Assembly: GCA_036726225.1 (NCBI GenBank)
Contig: DAIMCS010000001.1
Coordinates: forward strand, 333,856 to 397,855
DNA length: 64,000 nt
Source: Patescibacteria group bacterium
GTDB lineage: Bacteria > Patescibacteriota > Doudnabacteria > UBA920
Direction: 5' to 3'
The stretch's first letter is position 1; the number at the start of each line of letters is the position of its first letter. Both the position numbers and the translations under genes were made by a program. The notes below the pieces were generated by a model, which did not search any database, was not told the origin of the DNA, and saw nothing but the letters and a program-made list of their open reading frames with translations. This document shows, piece by piece, positions 17,717-27,810 of the stretch.

Positions 17717-17981
17717 CCGTCATTGAAACTTTTTTGTAAATTTTTCGATATGCTATATAGAAAGGACAGGTATGCGCTTAAAATTTTCCAAACAATTGAC
17801 CATGAGTGTTAAGGCAGGCGGGAAGGGCTTGAGGAGAAAGCTTGAAAAAATGAGCAATGCAATTCGCTATCCCTGGTAAGCTTGTTTTTACCCATAAACA
17901 CTAAACTTTAGCCGTTATGCCTAAAGCTGTTTTGTTGTAAACCGTTAACAAGGCTAATTTAATATTATTGAGCATATTTTT

Positions 17982-18012
17982 AAAAAAAGTCAGCCACGGC
18001 TGACTTTTTTTA
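17982..18012. terminator. bidirectional intrinsic terminator
   Basis: aaaaaaAGTCAGCcacgGCTGACTttttttt: a 7-bp stem and 4-nt loop flanked by an A-run and a T-run. Confidence 0.7.
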
Positions 18013-18080
18013 ATGTTGTTATATATTGACAACAATAATCTTTGCAATAAGCTTGGTTTATAAGAATTAAAGTTAAAAAA

Positions 18081-19724
18081 ATGAAAAAGTTTTTTTATCT
18101 TCTGGGCACAAGCTTGTTATTTTTTGCTTTGCCCCTTTTAGCTTTTGCAGAAGAGCCGGTAGCCCAAATTAAAATAATTTCAAAACCCCAAAGCATTGCT
18201 ACATCCACGCCTTCTTCTGTTTTTACCGTTGAAGCTCAGGACGCTTTGGGCAACAAGGTGGATGTGGCAACCACCACGCGCGTAAATCTCAGCGCAGATT
18301 CGGCAACCGGCCAGTTTTTAACAGCTTCGGCGAGCGTATGCAATACCGCAACGACTAGTAGTGTAACAATTGCCAACGGCAGTTCGCACAAAAGTTTTTG
18401 TTATATAGACGAAAGTCCGGGAAGTTTTACACTGACCCTTTCTGTAATTGACCAGCCTTCTGTGCTGGGTGATTCGCAAATAATTGTAATTTTAGGAGAA
18501 GAACCTGCGCCTACCCCTACGCCTACGCCGAGTCCCGAACCTGTACCGACTACCACGCCAAAAAGTTTATTGGTAAAAATTTACAGGTTTTTGCCTAATC
18601 CGCCCGGGGAAGATTCGGGCAACGAGTGGGTGGAAATTAAAAATTCCGACGAAAATCCGGTATCTTTGGACGGTTGGTTTTTGGATGACGAAGGTATGGA
18701 GCCGGGTAGTAGCGCTTTTGTTTTATCAGGCGAAATATTGCCGGGCGAGATTAAACGGATTATTTTACCCGTCGGCAGCTTTGCACTTAACAATAGCAGC
18801 GGGGATGAAGTGAATTTATATTTTAATGACAAATCAATTGCCCATAAGGTCGTATATGAGGCCACGGCTTACGATGACGGCATATTTGAATTAATTGACG
18901 GGGTTTGGCAGCCGCCCCCACAGCCTTCACCCGGAGGCGGTGGGGGCGGCGGAAGCAGTCAAACCCCGTCTGGCGGGGGCCCTAAAAGCCAATCATCGAC
19001 AGCAACCACTACAGCCGTGGCCTTGAATATTATAATTAGCGAAATTTATCCAAGACCTTTGGAAGGCGGAGAGGAATTTTTAGAGTTGTATAATGTTGCC
19101 ACGAGCACGGCCAACTTGCAGGGGGCCGTATTGCAAATTGGTAACAGGAAAAAAGTTTTTGAAAAAGGCGCAAAAATTGAGCCGGAAAAATATTTTGTAA
19201 TTTATGAAGACGACTTGCCCGTGCGTTTGTCCAACAACGGCCAAACAATTAAATTTTACGACTCTTCCGGCAAACTGCTGGCTCAAATTTTATATCCCAA
19301 AGCAGAGGAAGGCCACGCTTATGGAAGCGATGACGGCAAAACTTATGCCTGGACTAGCACCGTAACTGCCGGCGACAGCAATTTTTATGTACTGTCTGAA
19401 GCCGTGGAAGAAAAAGAATCAGCTAAAGATGAAAAACCTAAAACCACCGCATCCAAATCTACATCATCCGGCATTACTTCATCCCAAGCCAAAGCAATTT
19501 TGAAAACAAATGAGGATCTAAAATTACAAATTTCTGTATTACAGGAATCTATAAACCAGTTAGCGCTAAAATTAGATAATCTTCAAACTCAAAAAACGCC
19601 GGCACAGGCTATCGGACCGCCAGCTCCCACCTCTTTAAAAAAGGGGAGAATTTTAGTGTGGCCAACAGCTATTATAGTTTTAAGCGGTATAGTTTATACG
19701 ATTTTTAGAAAGCCAAAAGATTAA
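18081..19724 (+). CDS. secreted, C-terminally anchored protein with two lamin-tail domains (LTD) and a coiled-coil stalk
   Basis: Signal peptide MKKFFYLLGTSLLFFALPLLAFA. LTD motifs IYRFLPNPPGEDSGNEWVEIKNSDENPVSLDGWFLDDEG and IISEIYPRPLEGGEEFLELYNVATSTANLQGAVLQ. Coiled coil LKLQISVLQESINQLALKLDNLQ. C-terminal transmembrane helix. Confidence 0.7.
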   Translation: MKKFFYLLGTSLLFFALPLLAFAEEPVAQIKIISKPQSIATSTPSSVFTVEAQDALGNKVDVATTTRVNLSADSATGQFLTASASVCNTATTSSVTIANGSSHKSFCYIDESPGSFTLTLSVIDQPSVLGDSQIIVILGEEPAPTPTPTPSPEPVPTTTPKSLLVKIYRFLPNPPGEDSGNEWVEIKNSDENPVSLDGWFLDDEGMEPGSSAFVLSGEILPGEIKRIILPVGSFALNNSSGDEVNLYFNDKSIAHKVVYEATAYDDGIFELIDGVWQPPPQPSPGGGGGGGSSQTPSGGGPKSQSSTATTTAVALNIIISEIYPRPLEGGEEFLELYNVATSTANLQGAVLQIGNRKKVFEKGAKIEPEKYFVIYEDDLPVRLSNNGQTIKFYDSSGKLLAQILYPKAEEGHAYGSDDGKTYAWTSTVTAGDSNFYVLSEAVEEKESAKDEKPKTTASKSTSSGITSSQAKAILKTNEDLKLQISVLQESINQLALKLDNLQTQKTPAQAIGPPAPTSLKKGRILVWPTAIIVLSGIVYTIFRKPKD

Positions 19725-19762
19725 TACACAATGGGATTAATTGTGTATTAAGGGAGGTGGAA

Positions 19763-19796
19763 TTATCACTTGACAGGTTAGAGTGATAATAGTATT
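19763..19796 (+). promoter_or_regulatory. CIRCE-like HrcA operator (TTATCACTT-N9-GAGTGATAA) embedded in a TTGACA-N17-TATTAT promoter
   Basis: The inverted repeat at 19763-19789 differs from the CIRCE consensus TTAGCACTC-N9-GAGTGCTAA by one symmetric substitution. The -35 TTGACA is at 19768-19773 and the -10 TATTAT at 19791-19796. It lies directly upstream of hrcA. Confidence 0.65.
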
Positions 19797-19804
19797 ATCA
19801 ATGT

Positions 19805-20557
19805 ATGAGTGAAAATGACAACATCACCCCCCGCCAGGCAAAAATTTTAGCCGCAATTGTTAAGGAAAATTGTGACAGCGGCCAGCCTGTTGCCAGTGCC
19901 GATTTGGTAGAGAAGTACGACTTTAACGTCTCTTCTCCCACCATCCGCAACGAAATGCAGGTCTTGGAAAAAAACGGCTACATAAAACAGCCTCATACTT
20001 CGGCGGGACGCGTTCCTACGGACAAAGGCTTTAGGTATTTTGTTAATCAGTTAATGGACAGGGTAAAGCTGACTTTAAAAGAACAAGACCATTTAAAAAC
20101 AGAATTAATGAAGATGCAGTTAGCCCACGCTGAAATGGGCAGGCGACTGGCTAAGTTAGTCAGTGAGCATTCCCAGCAGGCATCATTTGTTTTGCTTCCC
20201 GAAGAAGTTTCCAGCGTTGGTCTTTCCAATATTTTAAACAATCCGGCTCTCCTGCCTGAAGACGCAAAAGAAATTGCTGAATTTTTTGACCATTTAGACG
20301 AGCACGCCGAAGAAATGATAAAAGATTACACCGGCAAAGGACCGGAAGCAAAAATTGGCAAAGAAATTACGCTTTCAAAAAATTCAGATTACTCTATGAT
20401 AGTTTCCGGACTAAAGCTTCCCAGCGGTAAAAAAGGAGTAATTGGTTTAGTCGGCCCAAAGAGTATGAAGTACGAAAAGAACTTGAGCCTTATGGAATAT
20501 ATAGCCAAGCTTTTGGGCGGAGGAACAGCAGTAATAATTTTTATGATAATTAAGTAA
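19805..20557 (+). CDS. hrcA: heat-inducible transcription repressor HrcA
   Basis: The N-terminal winged helix reads RQAKILAAIVKENCDSGQPVASADLVEKYDFNVSSPTIRNEMQVLEKNGYIKQPHTSAGRVPTDKGFRYFVNQLM. It is 250 aa and is followed by grpE. Confidence 0.85.
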   Translation: MSENDNITPRQAKILAAIVKENCDSGQPVASADLVEKYDFNVSSPTIRNEMQVLEKNGYIKQPHTSAGRVPTDKGFRYFVNQLMDRVKLTLKEQDHLKTELMKMQLAHAEMGRRLAKLVSEHSQQASFVLLPEEVSSVGLSNILNNPALLPEDAKEIAEFFDHLDEHAEEMIKDYTGKGPEAKIGKEITLSKNSDYSMIVSGLKLPSGKKGVIGLVGPKSMKYEKNLSLMEYIAKLLGGGTAVIIFMIIK

Positions 20558-20642
20558 ACCATTTCGACCGAAGGGAGAAATCTGTTAATTATTAGTGTTT
20601 ATACAGATCTCTCACTCCGCTCGAGATGGAAAATAAAGGGTT

Positions 20643-21176
20643 ATGGAAGAAGACAATCAGCAAAGCAATGCAACATCATCGGAAGTTTCTTTAGACCAAC
20701 TCCAACAGGATTTTGAAAACGCGATGAATAACTGGAAGAGGACCGCGGCAGATTTTGAAAACTACAAAAAGCGCAAAGAAGCGGAAAACAAAGAATTAGT
20801 CGAGTTTGCCAGGGAAGTAACAGTTGCTAAGCTTTTGCCAACATTGGATAGCTTGGGGCAAGCGTTAAAGCACATTCCTCAGAATACAGTAAACAGTACA
20901 CAGCAAACAGAATTTGAGAAACAATTTCAGAATTGGCAAATGGGCATTAATGGAATTTTACTACAATTAGATAAAACTTTAGGGGAACTGGGAGTAAAAA
21001 AGATTGAAGCAGTTGGGAAAAAGTTTGACCCGCATTTCCATGAAGCTATTAGGGAAGCGGAGAGCGAGCAGGATGACGGAATTATTATCGAAGAACTGCA
21101 AAGCGGGTTTGAACTAAACGGGAAAGTTATAAGGCCAAGTCAGGTGATTATCTCCAAAAAGAAAACCGGCGGTTAG
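20643..21176 (+). CDS. grpE: nucleotide exchange factor GrpE
   Basis: GrpE motifs KRKEAENKELVEFAREVTVAKLLPTLDSLGQAL and KKFDPHFHEAIREAES are present. Confidence 0.9.
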   Translation: MEEDNQQSNATSSEVSLDQLQQDFENAMNNWKRTAADFENYKKRKEAENKELVEFAREVTVAKLLPTLDSLGQALKHIPQNTVNSTQQTEFEKQFQNWQMGINGILLQLDKTLGELGVKKIEAVGKKFDPHFHEAIREAESEQDDGIIIEELQSGFELNGKVIRPSQVIISKKKTGG

Positions 21177-21210
21177 ATTACCGCCGGGTATTAACCTCCG
21201 GTCGTGGAAT

Positions 21211-21300
21211 TTAGTCACGCAGGAATGCCCCGCCTCCTTCGTATAGCAGCCAGCATACGAAGATAATTAACACAAGAAACCCTATCCTTCTCAAGAGCAT
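21211..21300 (-). CDS. possible 29-aa hydrophobic peptide (not in the ORF track, which only lists 60 aa and longer)
   Basis: Reverse strand reads AAGGGAGGTGAT ATG CTC TTG AGA AGG ATA GGG TTT CTT GTG ... GAC TAA, giving MLLRRIGFLVLIIFVCWLLYEGGGAFLRD. It has a strong Shine-Dalgarno at the right spacing. It overlaps the palindrome cttcgtatAGCAGCCAGCatacgaag. Confidence 0.3.
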   Translation of the reverse strand: MLLRRIGFLVLIIFVCWLLYEGGGAFLRD

Positions 21301-21367
21301 ATCACCTCCCTTTTTGGCTTATTTTAGCCCATAATCAATATATTTACAAGCAGAAGACAATAAAAGG

Positions 21368-21829
21368 TTGAAAATTTCATTAAGTCGCTTAATCAGTCGG
21401 CCATTAGCAAACGAAAGCAAGAGTAGCATGCAAACCCAGGATTTTATAAACTACCTAAAATCTTTAAAATCCACAGACTGGGAATTGAAGGCCACAGAGG
21501 AATGGACAGTAAAAGATATGGTTGCTCATTTGGTTGGTTGGGAAAAAGCCAATGCAGAAGCGGCGAGCGCGGCGCTTGAGACGAATAAAGACCCTGTCTG
21601 GCTGGAAGTAGAGGACGAAGACAGCTTTAACGCAGAATCTGTAAAATTTTATAAAGCATACTCAAGCCGGCAGCTTTTAGAGGAATGGGAAAATTGGCAG
21701 GTTAAGCTTAACGAAATTACGGAAAAAATAAGCCAAAAAAATTATCAAATACTCTTTAACTGGCTGGCAGAATCTAAAAATCATAAAGAACATCATTTTC
21801 AACAAATTAAAAAGCTAATAATTAGGTAG
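21368..21829 (+). CDS. DfsB/ClbS-like (DUF1706) protein; the start may be an internal Met near 21421
   Basis: Reads WELKATEEWTVKDMVAHLVGWEKANAEAA... This resembles the DUF1706 N-terminal pattern (W.vKD.laHl..W...). Confidence 0.35.
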   Translation: MKISLSRLISRPLANESKSSMQTQDFINYLKSLKSTDWELKATEEWTVKDMVAHLVGWEKANAEAASAALETNKDPVWLEVEDEDSFNAESVKFYKAYSSRQLLEEWENWQVKLNEITEKISQKNYQILFNWLAESKNHKEHHFQQIKKLIIR

Positions 21830-21855
21830 TAATCTGTAAAAAGGAAGGCAACTAT

Positions 21856-22149
21856 ATGACAATAAAAGAAATGTTTGAAGTGCGGGAGATAATGGAAATG
21901 GACGACAAGTCCAAAAAGATAAAGGTTTTAAGTGACGATGACTGCCAAATTGTCAGCAAAGCGTTAAACAAGAATAAAATTATTTTGAATTTAAAGCGTA
22001 CGTCGGACGGCAGTGAAGGCAATGTGTTTGTGTACCTTAAAGATGAGTTTAAAAGCGAGTTCCCAACTTCCAAAAAACTTTTTGCCAGCAGAAAAGTAAT
22101 TGGGCTAACTTTAAGAGAATTTAAGGAGTTTGATATAGAGGGGCTTTAG
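21856..22149 (+). CDS. hypothetical protein
   Basis: 97-aa ORF in a very AT-rich stretch between grpE and dnaK. It has a ribosome-binding site aaaggaagg. Confidence 0.4.
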   Translation: MTIKEMFEVREIMEMDDKSKKIKVLSDDDCQIVSKALNKNKIILNLKRTSDGSEGNVFVYLKDEFKSEFPTSKKLFASRKVIGLTLREFKEFDIEGL

Positions 22150-22176
22150 TGAAGAAAAGATAAGAATTTATTTAAG

Positions 22177-22533
22177 ATGTTTAATCAAATTTCTTTTATT
22201 GTTTCAGTTACATTGTTACTCTGGTCAGCTATTTTTGGCTTAGTTTTGTTATTTTTTATTATCTTTGTTGTTAAACCAGATAAAGCTCGATCGAAAGATA
22301 GCGTAGTTATAGCCCCACGAGAAAGTTTTATAGAAAAAAATAGTAGATTACAAGAAGACCCTGATACTGAATCATTGAGAATTGGAAGTACAGTTGCAGT
22401 CCCAAGCATACAAGGGACCTTTTCACCCATTGTTGGTGGGTATAAATTAAATCAACAAATTTCTCAAAGTGAATTTAATAAGAGTAATTTAGTAATTCGT
22501 CCATATAACAAGGACAATCACAAGAAAGGATAA
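22177..22533 (+). CDS. hypothetical membrane-anchored protein
   Basis: N-terminal transmembrane helix [26 protein letters not shown]. 118 aa. Confidence 0.4.
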   Translation: MFNQISFIVSVTLLLWSAIFGLVLLFFIIFVVKPDKARSKDSVVIAPRESFIEKNSRLQEDPDTESLRIGSTVAVPSIQGTFSPIVGGYKLNQQISQSEFNKSNLVIRPYNKDNHKKG

Positions 22534-22537
22534 CTAT

Positions 22538-24412
22538 ATGCCAAAAATTATAGGAATAGACTTAGGAACATCTAACAGTGCCGCATCCGTAATGGAAGCG
22601 GGCAAGCCGGTAATTATTCCGGCGGCAGAAGGTGCATCGCTCGGGGGTAAAGCTTTCCCGTCTTACGTAGCCTTTACCAAAGAAGGCCAGCTTTTGGTTG
22701 GGGAACCGGCAAGGCGCCAGGCTGTAACTAACCCCGAAGGCACCATTTACGAAGCCAAAAGAAAAATGGGAACTAAAGAGAAATTTACTGTGGCCGGAAA
22801 AGAATATACTCCGGAACAAATTTCCGCGTTTATCCTCCAAAAAATTAAAAAAGATTCAGAAACCTTTTTAGGCGGCCCGGTTACTAAAGCGGTAATTACA
22901 GTACCGGCTTATTTTGACGACAGTCAAAGACAGGCAACCAAGAACGCCGGCGAAATTGCAGGCCTTGAAGTTGTTCGCGTAATTAACGAGCCAACGGCCG
23001 CGGCTTTTGCTTATGGTTTGGATAAAACGGGCAAAGACCAAAAGATTTTAGTTTTTGACCTTGGTGGCGGTACTTTGGATGTTACCATAATGGATTTTGG
23101 CGAACACGAAGGCCAGGCAACTTTTGAAGTGCTTTCCACCTCGGGCGACACAGCCTTGGGCGGTAAGGATATGGACAAGGCTTTGATAGATTATTTAACC
23201 ACATCTTTTAAGAGCGAAAGCGGCGTGGATGTTTCGGGCGACAAAATGGCTATGAACCGCGTTAGGGAAGCTGCGGAAAAAGCTAAAATTGAACTTTCCA
23301 CCACTTTGGAAACTGACCTTAACCTTCCGTTCATTACAGCCGATGCCAACGGCCCAAAGCATTTCCAAATAAAAATTACCCGGGCCAAGCTTGAGGAATT
23401 AATAAAACCGATAGTAGACAGAATGAAGCACCCGCTACAGCAGGCTTTAACTGACGCTAAGCTCACCCCGGCTAACATTGATAAGATTATTCTAGTCGGC
23501 GGACCAACCCGTATGCCTGCGGTTAAAGGATTTGTAGAGCAGTATGTGGGCAAGCAGGTAGAAGGCGGCATTGACCCAATGGAAGCCGTGGCCAAAGGCG
23601 CGGCCATCCAGGCCGGAATTTTGGGCGGCGACGTGCAGGGCAAAGAAATTTTGCTGCTCGACGTTACGCCGCTTACTTTGGGACTTGAAACTTTGGGCGG
23701 CGTTCGCACACCGCTTATTGACCGTAATACCACCATTCCGACATCTAAATCCCAAACATTTTCTACTGCGGCTGACAACCAGACATCGGTAGAAATTCAC
23801 GTTATGCAGGGTGAGCGCGAGTTTGCCACAGACAACAAGTCTTTGGGCAGGTTTATTTTAGACGGCATCCCGCCGGCGCCAAGAGGCATTCCCCAGGTTG
23901 AGGTTACTTTTGACATTGACGCTAATGGTATACTTACAGTTAAGGCAAAAGACAAAGCCACTAACAAAGAGAGCAAAATTACCATTCAGGGTTCTTCCAA
24001 CTTAAACAAAGATGAAATTGAAAGGATGAAAAAAGAAGCTGAAGCGCATGCAGAAGAGGATCGTAAGCGGAAAGAAACCGTGGACGTGCGAAACCAGGCC
24101 GATACTTTAATAAGCGTTAGTGAAAAAACCTTAAAAGACGGCGGCGACAAAGTGAAGGCAGAAGACAAGACAGAAGTTGAAGCTAAAATTAAAGCTTTAA
24201 AAGACATTAAGGACAAAGACGACGTAACTGCCATAAAGAAAGCTGTAGATGAGCTTTCTGCGGCAATCCAAAAGGTGGGCGCGGCTATGTACCAGGCTAG
24301 CGGATCAGCGGATCAGCAGTCAGCGAATCAGCCGGGTGAGAATTCAGGCGGACCAAAGCCGGAGGAAAAAGGACCTGTGGATGCAGAATTTAAAGAAGTC
24401 CCCAAACAATAA
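22538..24412 (+). CDS. dnaK: molecular chaperone DnaK (Hsp70)
   Basis: [37 protein letters not shown] and the C-terminal lid with a KK-rich tail. 624 aa. Confidence 0.95.
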   Translation: MPKIIGIDLGTSNSAASVMEAGKPVIIPAAEGASLGGKAFPSYVAFTKEGQLLVGEPARRQAVTNPEGTIYEAKRKMGTKEKFTVAGKEYTPEQISAFILQKIKKDSETFLGGPVTKAVITVPAYFDDSQRQATKNAGEIAGLEVVRVINEPTAAAFAYGLDKTGKDQKILVFDLGGGTLDVTIMDFGEHEGQATFEVLSTSGDTALGGKDMDKALIDYLTTSFKSESGVDVSGDKMAMNRVREAAEKAKIELSTTLETDLNLPFITADANGPKHFQIKITRAKLEELIKPIVDRMKHPLQQALTDAKLTPANIDKIILVGGPTRMPAVKGFVEQYVGKQVEGGIDPMEAVAKGAAIQAGILGGDVQGKEILLLDVTPLTLGLETLGGVRTPLIDRNTTIPTSKSQTFSTAADNQTSVEIHVMQGEREFATDNKSLGRFILDGIPPAPRGIPQVEVTFDIDANGILTVKAKDKATNKESKITIQGSSNLNKDEIERMKKEAEAHAEEDRKRKETVDVRNQADTLISVSEKTLKDGGDKVKAEDKTEVEAKIKALKDIKDKDDVTAIKKAVDELSAAIQKVGAAMYQASGSADQQSANQPGENSGGPKPEEKGPVDAEFKEVPKQ

Positions 24413-24474
24413 AATAACCTGCTTTTTGGCTTAATTATTGTTTATAATAAGCCTGGGCGGAAAACAAAAAATTT

Positions 24475-25224
24475 ATGAGCGGTCTAATAAAATTTCTTTT
24501 CCTTTTAGTTTTAATTGGTTTTATTGGCGTTGTAATTTTTATTCAGGCTGCCCTTTTGGGTGACCCAAAGAGTAATTTTAACCAGACTACCCGCTTTACT
24601 TTGGCTAAGTACTCCATTTTTAGAACCATTTTTCGTCTTCATAACGCGGGGGATGCGCGCGGCCAATACTTTTTGCGCAGCGGCCCCATTGCCATAAGCT
24701 GGCTTAAGCCTTACAGCCAAAACGTTGACAGGCCAATGCTGGAAACGTTTGCGGCAGAAATTACCAAGCAAACCGGACGAAAAGTTAACATTTCTTTTGG
24801 AGGGAATTTAAAGGAAGGCAATTACGAGATTGCAGACCTGAAGTCAGAAAAATTAGAAGCCCTCATCCAAAAGCCTGAAGGCAGTTCGCTGGTGGTATTT
24901 TTTGTCCAAGATTATACGCCCAGAGAGGCAGATGAGCTTTCTACCACCTACGGGGAATCGGGGATATTAATTTCTTTAGACAGCCACCAAAAACATATGC
25001 AAAGCTATGGCGGCACTATTGAAAGTTATTTGCTTTCCAGTCTGCTCCATGAATTCGGCCACCAGCTGGGTTTAGAGCACAATGAAAACAGTAACTGCAT
25101 AATGAATGCACGCGCAGGCACGGGTTACAGCTATCTTTCCTCTTTTGGAAAATCTGCCCCGGAAACTTTTTGTCCTTTTGAGGAAAAACAAATTCGGGAA
25201 ATTAAGTTAAAGCTGGAGAATTAG
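24475..25224 (+). CDS. membrane-anchored zinc metalloprotease, metzincin family (HExxHxxGxxH)
   Basis: N-terminal transmembrane helix. HEFGHQLGLEHNENSNCIMN matches the metzincin/archaemetzincin-like zinc-binding motif. Confidence 0.65.
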   Translation: MSGLIKFLFLLVLIGFIGVVIFIQAALLGDPKSNFNQTTRFTLAKYSIFRTIFRLHNAGDARGQYFLRSGPIAISWLKPYSQNVDRPMLETFAAEITKQTGRKVNISFGGNLKEGNYEIADLKSEKLEALIQKPEGSSLVVFFVQDYTPREADELSTTYGESGILISLDSHQKHMQSYGGTIESYLLSSLLHEFGHQLGLEHNENSNCIMNARAGTGYSYLSSFGKSAPETFCPFEEKQIREIKLKLEN

Positions 25225-25242
25225 CATTAAGAATAAAGTATT

Positions 25243-25536
25243 ATGGAACACAATCAGCAGCAGCAACAAATCCAAATAAAGGCGACAGATGAGGTTTTAA
25301 AAGGGCTGTATGCAAATATGGTGCAAGCAGGCCACACCGGTGAAGAGTTTATTTTGGATTTTATGAATGTTATGCCGCCGCAGGGCAGCCTGGTGGCCAG
25401 GGTAATTGTTTCGCCTCCCCACGCTAAGCGCCTTTGTGCAGCTTTGCAGGAAAACATTAAGCGCTACGAAGAAAAATTTGGAACAATAAGTTTGGCGGTG
25501 GTGCCTGACCAGAAGATTGGATTTAAAACAGAGTAG
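25243..25536 (+). CDS. hypothetical protein (DUF3467-like)
   Basis: Reads IQIKATDEVLKGLYANMVQAGHTGEEFILDFMNVMPP...VARVIVSPPHAKRLCAALQENIKRYEEKFG. The pattern is recalled from the DUF3467 family, not verified. Confidence 0.45.
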   Translation: MEHNQQQQQIQIKATDEVLKGLYANMVQAGHTGEEFILDFMNVMPPQGSLVARVIVSPPHAKRLCAALQENIKRYEEKFGTISLAVVPDQKIGFKTE

Positions 25537-25605
25537 TGACAAGTTACAGGTGAAAGGTGACAAGGTATTTGTCACTTGCAACTTGTTACCTGCCACTTAT
25601 TTTTT

Positions 25606-26745
25606 ATGGCTCAAGATTACTACAACATTTTAGGCGTCTCTAAGTCTGCATCGGCGGATGATATTAAACGCGCCTTCCGCAAAAAAGCGCACGAGTTTCA
25701 CCCGGACAAAGGCAATGGCAATGCGGAAAAGTTTAAAGAGGTTAACGAAGCCTACCAAGTCCTCTCCGACTCTGCCAAACGTTCGCAGTACGACCAGTAC
25801 GGCACCACTTTTGACCAGGCTCAAAGAAACGGCGGAGCCGGTTTTGGCGGTGGTAATCCTTTTGGCGGGGGCTTTGACTTTGGCCAGGGCGGAGTGGAGT
25901 TTGATTTAGGCGATATTTTTGGAGATATATTCGGCGGCAGGCAACAGCGCAGCGAGCGCAGGAACCGCGGTATAGATTTAGAAATGGGAATGGAGCTTAA
26001 CTTTGAAGAAGCCGTATTTGGAGTGGAAAAACAAATTGCTTTAGAAAAACAGGATGCCTGTAAAACCTGTTCGGGTAACGGGGCGGCACCGGGAGCTAAA
26101 ATTGTTACCTGCCCTAAATGTCACGGCCAGGGGCAAATTCGGACCACCAGGCGGACAATTTTTGGTAACATAGCGTCCAGCGCTTCGTGCGACCGCTGCC
26201 AAGGTATGGGCAAAATTCCGGAAACCGCCTGTAAGACTTGCGGGGGCAGCGGGATTTTAAGGCAAGAAAAAACTATTTTAGTCAAAGTGCCTGCCGGCAT
26301 AGACGACGGTCAGAGAATTAAAATTTCCGGTGAGGGTGAAGCCGGCTATAGGGGCTCGGGGGCCGGGGATTTATTTTTGGCCGTAAAAGTTATGCCCCAT
26401 AAAGAATTTAAGCGCGACGGCTTTAATTTATATTTCGAACTGCCTGTAAGTTTTACCCAAGCGGCTTTGGGTGCAAAACTTATGGTTAAAACTTTAGACG
26501 GTGACATTGAGCTTAAAATTCCTTCCGGCACCCAAGCCGGAGCGCAGTTTAGGATAAAAAGCAAAGGTGTGCCTTACATAAACAATCCAAAATCCCGCGG
26601 CGATTTAATAATTACCGCACGGGTGGTTGTGCCTAAAAAACTTTCTAAAAATGAAAAACAGCTGCTCAAGCAGCTGGCAGACGAGAGAGGGGAGAGTGTC
26701 GAAATTGACCAAAGCCTGTGGGAAAATATAAAAGATAGTTTTTAA
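25606..26745 (+). CDS. dnaJ: molecular chaperone DnaJ (type I). Start taken at MAQDYY; the ORF track extends 10 codons upstream
   Basis: J-domain [32 protein letters not shown], a G/F-rich region and four CxxCxGxG repeats ([32 protein letters not shown]). Confidence 0.9.
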   Translation: MAQDYYNILGVSKSASADDIKRAFRKKAHEFHPDKGNGNAEKFKEVNEAYQVLSDSAKRSQYDQYGTTFDQAQRNGGAGFGGGNPFGGGFDFGQGGVEFDLGDIFGDIFGGRQQRSERRNRGIDLEMGMELNFEEAVFGVEKQIALEKQDACKTCSGNGAAPGAKIVTCPKCHGQGQIRTTRRTIFGNIASSASCDRCQGMGKIPETACKTCGGSGILRQEKTILVKVPAGIDDGQRIKISGEGEAGYRGSGAGDLFLAVKVMPHKEFKRDGFNLYFELPVSFTQAALGAKLMVKTLDGDIELKIPSGTQAGAQFRIKSKGVPYINNPKSRGDLIITARVVVPKKLSKNEKQLLKQLADERGESVEIDQSLWENIKDSF

Positions 26746-26795
26746 AAAGATGAAGCGACGATTGATGAAAGTCCAATCGCCGCTTTTAGTTTTAT

Positions 26796-27332
26796 CTAAG
26801 GCACCTCCTTTTGTGCTAATTCGATCATCTTTTCCATTTTCGGATGGACATGGTTAAATTTTTCGAACTCCGGTCTCTCACCTTTCAACAGCGCTTGGAT
26901 GATTGCGTCTGCTTGATGGCTTGATCCGTTGGCGTTGAGAACCGCAATAAGCTGTGTCAAATTAGGGATTGTGTTTGCCACAAGCTGAAACTGGGAAAGG
27001 CGATATTGTCGGGAATGGTAGCTAGTTGTCCAGTAAGAAACGTGGACGCCCGCTGCCATGACAAATAGAGCAAGCCCGCCGATAGCGGAAGAATGCCATA
27101 ATAGCACTGTGTAAAGTCCAAACAATGGAACGATAGCAAATTGTAGCGCGAACTTTTGGACCTTTTCTTCTGCCGATAGGCCGGCGAAGGGAACAAGCAG
27201 AGAAGCGAACAGTGCTGTTAGCGTAATAGGCCCTAAGATGTTCAGGGATTCAATCAGTGCTCCCTTGTCCGAAACCACACCAATCGCAATTCCTAAGACG
27301 TAAAAAATCAGGTACTTCACCCAGATGTTCAT
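26796..27332 (-). CDS. hypothetical polytopic membrane protein
   Basis: 178 aa with about 4 transmembrane helices. No family recognised. Confidence 0.45.
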   Translation of the reverse strand: MNIWVKYLIFYVLGIAIGVVSDKGALIESLNILGPITLTALFASLLVPFAGLSAEEKVQKFALQFAIVPLFGLYTVLLWHSSAIGGLALFVMAAGVHVSYWTTSYHSRQYRLSQFQLVANTIPNLTQLIAVLNANGSSHQADAIIQALLKGERPEFEKFNHVHPKMEKMIELAQKEVP

Positions 27333-27347
27333 TTTTTTTCTCCTTTG

Positions 27348-27734
27348 TTAAATGATGAACTCTCCCACATTGCTATAACTGTAATAGATCAGGCCTTTAT
27401 CTTTTCTAACTTTTACCAACATACCTTTGCCCTCAATGTGCTTGGCATCGATTGGGCATTTTCCAGTCTGTTGTAAATAAAGGTGTCCAATGATCTCACC
27501 GTGGCTCCACAGGGTATCAGTTCCAATTATACATTGGAGGTCGCCTCCTATCCCATGCGTTGTTCCGTCGGCAAATTGCTCAAGACCTTCAACCCAAAAT
27601 CTGTGTGAGTTGGAGCTCTTGGTTAATTTTAATTGCAAGAATGCCGAGCGTAGAAGGCCTTTATTAATTCTAATAAGCCTGACGGCACCCGTAATAACTT
27701 GAATTAGAAGTATCTCAAGTTCTCCAAATTCCAT
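27348..27734 (-). CDS. hypothetical protein. Internal ATG at 27734 with a GGAGGA Shine-Dalgarno is preferred over the ORF-track start 27809, which abuts the operator
   Basis: Reverse strand reads TGCAAAGGAGGAATTT ATG GAA TTT GGA GAA, starting MEFGELEILLIQ... Faint metallophosphoesterase-like GH motifs (SHGEIIGHLYL) are present but not convincing. Confidence 0.35.
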   Translation of the reverse strand: MEFGELEILLIQVITGAVRLIRINKGLLRSAFLQLKLTKSSNSHRFWVEGLEQFADGTTHGIGGDLQCIIGTDTLWSHGEIIGHLYLQQTGKCPIDAKHIEGKGMLVKVRKDKGLIYYSYSNVGEFII

Positions 27735-27810
27735 AAATTCCTCCTTTGCACCGCCTTGACAGCGATGACCAAATAGCATAAAATATTTTAAATGAGTGGC
27801 CAATAACACC

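Noticed and set aside
17717-17830. 36-codon ORF MRLKFSKQLTMSVKAGGKGLRRKLEKMSNAIRYPW (17780-17890) as a ribosomal protein or toxin
   Set aside because: The ribosome-binding site is weak, and I could not match it to L33, L34, L35, L36 or S21 patterns. It is left uncalled.
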